A stretch of 62,960 nucleotides of DNA, the filler included, from Licmophora abbreviata (Eukaryota), in NCBI GenBank assembly GCA_900291995.1. It is 11 parts of 11 records of this genome, joined end to end, with 100 filler letters (N's around TTAATTAATTAA, not from the genome) between each part and the next. Parts side by side here need not be neighbours in the genome. Positions count along the whole stretch, not along the records: positions 56,298 to 57,943 come from OLMU01002389.1; positions 58,044 to 59,082 come from OLMU01002390.1; positions 59,183 to 61,803 come from OLMU01002392.1; positions 61,904 to 62,960 come from OLMU01002393.1; 7 more parts are not named here. One strand, written 5' to 3'. Below, in pieces: positions 56,331 through 62,960 of this stretch (positions are counted from its first letter, which is position 1; each line of letters starts with the position of its first letter). A program made the position numbers and the translations under genes. The notes beneath the pieces are model-generated. The model made no database searches and had not been told where the DNA came from. It worked only from the letters and a program-made list of their open reading frames with translations.

Positions 56331-57943
56331 ATGATGATGATGATGAGTACGACGAAAACAACGAGTGCCGTCGAAATCCGCCTTCACTGCAGGAAGCTCT
56401 GGAAACGAGACCTGACGAGCCAATCCGATGCGTTTTGCGTCCTCCATCGACTCTCGGAGTCTTCTTTTAATCGAACGGACCGCGTTCCCAGTAAACTTCC
56501 CAACGACAGCCGTGAACGGAGATCGGGCGCACTGAGGTAGTGAAGGACTCCAAGGATCCCGACTTTACCACTTCGTTCGAAGTCGACTTTCACTTTGAAC
56601 AAGAACAAACGTTTGCCTTGCGAGTGTACGACGAAGACGAGAGAGGCAGCAAGGATTTGACCAAGCACGACTTCTTGGGAGGGACCATATTCACTCTAGG
56701 GCAGCTCATGGGGAAGCCAGAGCAACTCGCTTGCTCGTCCACTACATCGGAAAAAGAAAGGATATGTCGTACTACAGGCGGAAGAGGTCAATGAGGGTGC
56801 CACGTCGCACTCGCATCTTCAGCTCAAACTCGCCGGACACAACCTCAAAAACACAGATGGCATGTTTGGACTCTCTGATCCATTTTATCAGATTAAGCGA
56901 ATCAATCCGGATTCTACAAGCTGGAGTGTCGTCTATAAGTCGCAAGTCATTGAAGACAATTTGAATCCAACGTGGGACGTTGAGACGATTCCACTTGGTA
57001 CACTATGCAACAATGATCTCAAGCGCAAGATTCAAATTCAGATTATGGATTGGGACAGCGATGGCTCTCATGATGACATGGGCTGTGTCGAAACGACTGT
57101 GCAACAGTTGCTGAATACGAAGGCCCCATTCGACGTGATGCGCGAGTCCAAGAGCAAACTGCGGCCGTTTGGAAAGAAAACGGAAGCCGTTGCGAAAAAG
57201 AAGGGAACGCTTTCGGTAGTCAAAGCCGATATTGTTGAAATTCCCACCATGCTTGAGTACATTATGGGTGGCTGTGAAGTGAGCTTGACGATGGCTGTCG
57301 ATTTTACGCAATCCAATGGGAAGCCATCCAATCCAAACAGTCTTCATTATCGTGCCGCAGACGGAACTAAGAATGAGTATCAACTGGCGATTGAGAAGAT
57401 TGGATCGATTGTGCAAGAATATGACACGAACAAGCAGTTTCCGATGTTTGGATTTGGAGCTGAGATTGATGGAGTTTACAAACCTTGCTTTCGCATGGGA
57501 CAGGCTGAAGAGGTATGTGGAGTCCATGGGATGTTGAAAGCGTACGAACAGACTTTCGAGACGCCCGGTTTTGGTTTGTACGGACCTACCAACTTTTCCC
57601 CTGTAATAAACGAGGCCATGAAGAGCGCAAGAGAGGCAGCTGCTCATGGCAATCAGTGTTATAGTGTGCTGGTGATTCTGACCGATGGTGCCATTACAGA
57701 TTTTGACGAGACTCTCCGGATGATCGCTACCGCAACATATGAGCCTATGTCGATCGTTATTATTGGTGTCGGGAGTGCGGATTTCAGCTCTATGGAGTAC
57801 CTTGATGGTGACGATCGAAACCGTAAAGGAAAGAGTCGGGACATCGTCCAGTTTGTCCCGTTTCGAAAGTATGCGAGAAACGTGGATCTCTTGGCTAACG
57901 AAACATTGCGAGAGATTCCTGGCCAGCTTGTGCATCGTATAAC
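56331..57943 (+). CDS. Copine (C2-C2-vWA); two compensating apparent frameshifts at ~56515 and ~56712; 3'-truncated
   Basis: SQSDAF, IGRTEV, DFHFEQEQ, DFLGG, SDPFY, NLNPTW, AVDFTQSNG, FGFGA, GPTNFSP, ILTDG, SIVIIGVG..DF, RDIVQFVPF, LREIPGQL. Confidence 0.93.
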
Positions 57944-58043
57944 NNNNNNNNNNNNNNNNNNNNNNNNNNNNNNNNNNNNNNNNNNNNTTAATTAATTAAN
58001 NNNNNNNNNNNNNNNNNNNNNNNNNNNNNNNNNNNNNNNNNNN

Positions 58044-58472
58044 AGTGGAAGCATCATGTGCATGAGTTGTTCCATGAAGCAGGAGTGCAACGTCTGCCAG
58101 AACAGCTGCTGCGTTCACTGCGTGTCGGCGAAGCACTTGTGCTGCGGCAAGATCATTTGTGGCTCAGGCGCCTTGGTGGGTGACTATGTGGGTACCAAAG
58201 AAGCCGCAGGAATAGGCCATCCGTGTATTCGAGACCACGAGACCAGACGGCTAGACTGCAGCCATCTGGGGTGCAATTTTTACGAAGGATGCTACGTGTG
58301 TGAGCTAGAAGCGGAAAGTGGTAATCTGGAAAGAGACAAGGTCCTAGTGAAGGAGCTACTCGATAGAGCGACGAGCGTGGCGCTGAAAGCAGTCCTCCAG
58401 AATTTTCTTGCCGATCCGCATCATCATCGTCCTTCGTCGGCATGGATGGACGAGCTCACGCACGATGCGTAA
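58044..58472 (+). CDS. 3' fragment of a Cys-rich hypothetical protein
   Basis: Repeated CxxC pairs (CMSC, CNVC, CVHC, CYVC) followed by a helical tail; begins at a gap. Confidence 0.45.
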   Translation, partial: SGSIMCMSCSMKQECNVCQNSCCVHCVSAKHLCCGKIICGSGALVGDYVGTKEAAGIGHPCIRDHETRRLDCSHLGCNFYEGCYVCELEAESGNLERDKVLVKELLDRATSVALKAVLQNFLADPHHHRPSSAWMDELTHDA

Positions 58473-58534
58473 AATTCGAATTGTGTTGAACGCAGTATCT
58501 CCATCTACAGTAGTTCTGTATACATCCGTTGCAC

Positions 58535-59082
58535 TTACTTGCTGTACTTGGCCCTTACACGCTCGAGGTTCTCTGCCACCTTGCCGCCCATGATCCGCGA
58601 CCCCATGGCACGTTTGGTACTGCCTCCAAAGCCAGCTACACGGTCCGTAGAAGTGCGACTGCCGTAGAGAACAACCGTGTTGCCACCGTCCTGCGGAAAA
58701 GCCGCGCCCATGGCCTGCACGCTGTTGTGTCCGCGGCTCACGTAAAAGTGACGCTGGCAAAACACATACGTGCCGTTCTCCGTCATTCCAAGTTTGTGCA
58801 CAAGCGCGATCGTTGGCTTCTCATCAATCGTAAAGTTTACCCACGAGAAGGATTCCTCGACACCTTCCGGCTTGTTCTGAGGATAATCATTGACGTACTT
58901 GTAAAACGTGGGAGCCGATTTCTTCATCAAGACGGATAGCTTGCTCTTGTGTGCGAGCTCCGGACCAGGGTTATAGTCTTTTCCCTTTCGATGATAGGGT
59001 TTCGTGCCTTCCAATCCAGTCTGGGTATAGGACTCATAACGTCTCAATAAAATTCCACGCAGTATTTCCTCGACTTGCTCCG
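58535..59082 (-). CDS. 3' fragment of an uncharacterised protein resembling a bacterial family
   Basis: Open frame from the gap; globular composition with RYESY..GLEG..PY, QRHFYVSRGHNS and SRTSTDRVAGFGG motifs. Confidence 0.65.
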
Positions 59083-59182
59083 NNNNNNNNNNNNNNNNNN
59101 NNNNNNNNNNNNNNNNNNNNNNNNNNTTAATTAATTAANNNNNNNNNNNNNNNNNNNNNNNNNNNNNNNNNNNNNNNNNNNN

Positions 59183-60251
59183 CTTTGGGCGAATCTTTTG
59201 CGCCATGCGACTGTCAGGACTTGTCAAGGGATCGAAGCATGAAAACGACAGGGTCGAATCCTCTGAGTAACAAGGATAGTAATGGGACCTCTACTAGGAC
59301 TGTCGCCGAAGAAACGGAATGGGACGGTGTCGCTGTGGTTTTGCTACTGAGGCGCCCAAAGTGGTTCTTCAAGCGATACAATGTCATGATTCACAACGGT
59401 ACGAGCGTGGATGCAAATGTAGTACGATTGCTTTTCTTTTGCGCAGTTTCTGACGGACATATTCCGTCGTCACTACGACAATACTCGCAGCAATGGCCAA
59501 TACACCTCCCAACTGGGCGGTGCAATTAATGATGAATCAAGACTGGGTTGACAAGGAACTCTTACCCTACCATCAAGGTTTGCAACGTCTCTTCAATTCC
59601 AGTCACCCACGTCTTCGTTTGACTCCATTGCCTTCTCATTTGGCGAAAAAGAAGCCCAACAGTGTGCTGAGAGACACGTGGGTATGGGAGAACGTCTTGG
59701 CGGATCGCGTGTTGCTATTTCATGGGGACGGCGCCTTTTGTGCCAACAGTTGGAAACAATGGGACGATTTTCGTGACTATGACTACGTGGGCGTTCCGTG
59801 GAATGACTTTGACGGAGTCGGGGGGTCGGGGACGGACTTTTCGTTGCGCCAGAGACCAGCCATGCTGGATGCCCTGAAGCACGGTACCAGCGGTGGAGGC
59901 TCGGAAGATCGTTTCATAGTGTCGACTCTTTTGGAGTTGAATAAGCAAGTTGGATTTGAAAAATACAAAGTTGCGCCTCGAGAAGTCACCGAATGGTTCG
60001 GTGGGACCGAGCGAACGTTCTTTGAGAACGACACGCTCCGAGCCGAGGAAGAGTGGGGACCGATGGTTGTACATGGAACGCAGCCGCAGTTGTCGGATGA
60101 CGAACGAAACTCAATCATTGGAAAGTGCCCTGAAATCAAGGTCATCTTTCCCAGTTTACACAATCCCGGCTGCTTTGGGGCCCGACCGAACGCTGCAGCG
60201 TGTACGACAAGCCTCGGTTTTGATCCGCCGTGTACAAAGACAAGAAGCTAA
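59183..60251 (+). CDS. DUF5672-like (GT-A-like) protein, 5'-partial; intron 59399-59490
   Basis: VLLFHGDGAFC..DDFRDYDYVGVPW..GGSG..FSLR..ML..SEDRF. Confidence 0.75.
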
Positions 60252-60554
60252 TGATATAGGACACCAATATGAAAGCGCAATATCGCTCTGTATGGTGCAA
60301 CGGTGCTGTATTTTGTATCTTTCGAGGCTTCCTCGGCCGGCAACGCCTCAGTAAACCTACGATGGATTTACGTGAAGGTCTAGGTGCTCCCTCCCAGCTT
60401 CGATTGCATCGACTCATTTGACTCAGATGTGGGCCTTCCTTCGTCCGAGGAAATTGTTTCCAGGTGGAAGCTTGTGATGAGAGACGCCATCACACACACA
60501 CACGCAAAACTAAAGCGACCACACTGACATCAACATCACACCTGCGGCGCAACC

Positions 60555-61598
60555 ATGAGGATTTCCAAGGCAGCAGGCATTGGGTCGTTAGGGAGAGCCT
60601 TTTCGCTATGTTTCGTGGCTGTACTGGCAATCAGTGAAAGATCAGTTGCGTTTTCAGTGACGTCGTCGAGGTCTCCAATAGCGCGAGTGATGCGGCCGAC
60701 TACACCGCCGCACTCCTTTCGAGCAGTGACGCTGTTGCCATCGACGACTACTGTCCGGGTCTCGGTGACATCCAGAGACCTGGAGAATGCGTCGCCTCTA
60801 TTTCGAAAACAAAGTTCTTCTCCGAAGCGCAGTCAGGGTGACCGTTTGTTGGACAGACTTCGTCGGGCGGTGGCTGTCTTCTGGACGATTGCCCTTTTGT
60901 GGCTTGGCGGTGCCGCTGTCAACAGTCGTCCTTCCTATGCCGCCTCCTCAACGTTTGCTCCCTCCGATGTCATCAATCGTGTCATTCCTAAGGGTCCATC
61001 GTTTGACAGAATTGTAGATCGCTACGTCAAGGATCGCATGTTTGACGATGATGCATACGATCCCGTAGAGTCGGCATACCGAGAGGCATACGACGATGTC
61101 ACTACCGGTGCGTACCCCCGCGCCTTGAAGGAAGCCACTACCAGCATCTTGGGACAGCAAGTGGTCAAAGCGCAATCTGTGGAAGGCAGTGGAGGCCTGG
61201 CGGGCATGTTGACAAAGGGATCGACGTTTCTTCAGAACATGGGCGTATCGCCCATGGTGGCGAATAGCGTCATGTATGTGGGGACGTTGTTGGGACTTCC
61301 GTTTCTGGCGCTCATGGGAGGACTGTCCTATGCCAATGCGGAAAAGCGAAGACTGAATCGCTTGAACAAGAAGCGATATGGAGACGATTACAGGTGAGAG
61401 CTAAAGAAAAGTGTGTGATTGAGCTTCCTAGTGGACTTTAGGTGTACCGCGGTTTCTCACCTGCTGCCGTATCTTGTTATCTAACTCGTTTTCAGTGTGG
61501 ATGCCACCCGCAAGCCAGACGATGACATTGAGGCCCCTGATGACGATGAAGACGACGACGACGACGACGATGATGATGATGACGACGACGACGAGTGA
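60555..61598 (+). CDS. Predicted plastid/thylakoid membrane protein of unknown function with poly-Asp tail; intron 61394-61495
   Basis: Signal peptide ending SVA-F, S/R/T-rich transit peptide, second RR-hydrophobic-SYA segment, C-terminal TM, acidic second exon. Confidence 0.7.
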
Positions 61599-62098
61599 TC
61601 GGCCCGGCGTCAACTCGGACAAGAATTGACGAAATAGCGAATATATTTCCGCGCTTTTACTAAAGGCTTGCTGCTACATAGGATGGGCAAAATATCCCCT
61701 TGAGCACTCGTAGCTTATGACTTGTCTGCCCAATCGTACCACGTCCGAGAATCATGGCGTCAGAGTGGTTGTACCTCAACTAGGTACATGGTATGACAGA
61801 ATGNNNNNNNNNNNNNNNNNNNNNNNNNNNNNNNNNNNNNNNNNNNNTTAATTAATTAANNNNNNNNNNNNNNNNNNNNNNNNNNNNNNNNNNNNNNNNN
61901 NNNGAGTGGTTGTACCTCAACTAGGTACATGGTATGACAGAATGCAGCTACAGACTTTCTCTCTAATATGCCTTATCTACAAGAACTGAGTATTCTAGCA
62001 GCACTACCAAACAGCTTTCCGTATTCTCCCAATACCATGCCTACTCTTTCATTGAACTGAAGGAAACGTCTCGTTGCACTCTCGAGTGTTTTCACCAG

Positions 62099-62126
62099 TT
62101 ACTCTTCGTCGTCCTCATCTTCTTCC

Positions 62127-62158
<32 letters not shown>

Positions 62159-62616
62159 ATCCACATCACCTGGATCATAGAGATTCTCATCCCAATTGCT
62201 CTTTAAAGCCTTTTCGTCCAAAGTTACATGTTCCGTGAAGAAATCACCGTGATCGTCGTGGTCCCAAGGGTGCTTCCACCCCAAGACGACGGGCAAATCA
62301 TATCGCGCCCGGTGAAAGACCCACAGCCAGCATACGACTCCAAAGGCTTCTCCCAACATCGTATGAGTTTTCGATACCGACATCCAGTGACTGTGGAAAA
62401 ATAAAATAAAGCGAGTGAGGGAAAGTTATTCTGAGTTGGAACTAATTCTCACGGTGACAGTACAGTAACATGTCTCGTTCTAATTCAATCAACTTACCCT
62501 CCTCCGCCCATTTGACGGCGGGCAGTGGATGGTACATTCGTCAAGTTGGGGCGCAGCAGCCGTCTGCTGCTGCGCAGTGTCAGCGAAGCGGCCCGTGACA
62601 ACATCATCAGTACCAT
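62099..62616 (-). CDS. NDUFB2: Complex I subunit NDUFB2 (AGGG)-like; exons 62616-62498 and 62390-62099
   Basis: Spliced product MVLMMLSRAASLTLRSSRRLLRP..RRQMGGGGHW..HTMLGEAFGVVCWLWVFHRARYDLPVVLGWKHPWD matches the plant/algal AGGG pattern. Confidence 0.82.
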
Positions 62617-62960
62617 GGAGGAGCAGCAACAAAACTGACATCGAGGGCGGCGTCGCGGCAATTTCTACGGAGATTTCAGTACGGATGTAAGCGTGCAAAG
62701 GTATGTCGTAGAGATGTCACAAGTGTGTCGCAGTCCGATTTGCCGCTGATTTCCCGCCACAAAAACGACAGATCGCAAAATCATAAGGCGACATGACAAA
62801 TCGAGATCTCTCGATTGAATCTATGCTCTTGGTGTGTCAGATCTTGTGCTTGACGCTCTCGCTCATCAGACCCCTTCCACAATGAGGAGGTTTCAATTGA
62901 CCGTACTTGTTATGGTGCTGGGGCATGAGTGGAACAACAGCGCGTGTGTGACCGCATTCA

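Noticed and set aside
57003..57935. 310-aa minus-strand ORF
   Set aside because: Codon-aligned antisense shadow of copine.
61681..61803. Two hairpins followed by ACA, resembling an H/ACA snoRNA
   Set aside because: No canonical ANANNA H box between the hairpins and weak outer stems.
61763..61944. 41-nt direct repeat, possible LTR or target-site duplication
   Set aside because: It flanks a spacer exactly; a contig overlap artefact.

Overview
Gene-dense eukaryotic nuclear DNA (~50% GC, short GT-AG introns), almost certainly from a diatom: it has a fucoxanthin-chlorophyll LHC with a literal ASAFAP plastid-targeting motif, several bipartite-presequence genes and a signal-peptide-bearing CDC48. 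The draft is broken by ten artificial 100-nt spacers (N44-TTAATTAATTAA-N44) and carries several apparent homopolymer frameshifts. About 33 protein-coding genes can be supported: BET-like C-terminus, GT4, ATR, RluA, TDP1, ATP synthase d, two J-domain proteins, LHCR, 3-hydroxyacyl-CoA dehydrogenase, primase, Obg, CDC48, nitrilase-like, ABA4-like, GH63-like, acyltransferase, RNase H2B, MerC-like, HPPD-like, PPR, NPF/POT, GT14, RAD54, eIF4B/W2 protein, copine, DUF5672, NDUFB2 and unknowns. I found no rRNA, tRNA, CRISPR or transposon. Most notable: five genome-maintenance genes within ~47 kb, three with near-identical E2F-type promoter elements; a SWIM-finger-TDP1 fusion; an ER J-domain/VHL-like/ShKT/KDEL protein; an eIF4B-like protein with NSRFAAAA repeats fused to a W2 domain; a giant-virus-type NPxTxRxI..GGPTY module in a pseudouridine synthase; and a small spliced gene that the ORF track only half shows. 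All family calls come from motif recognition by eye; no searches were run.
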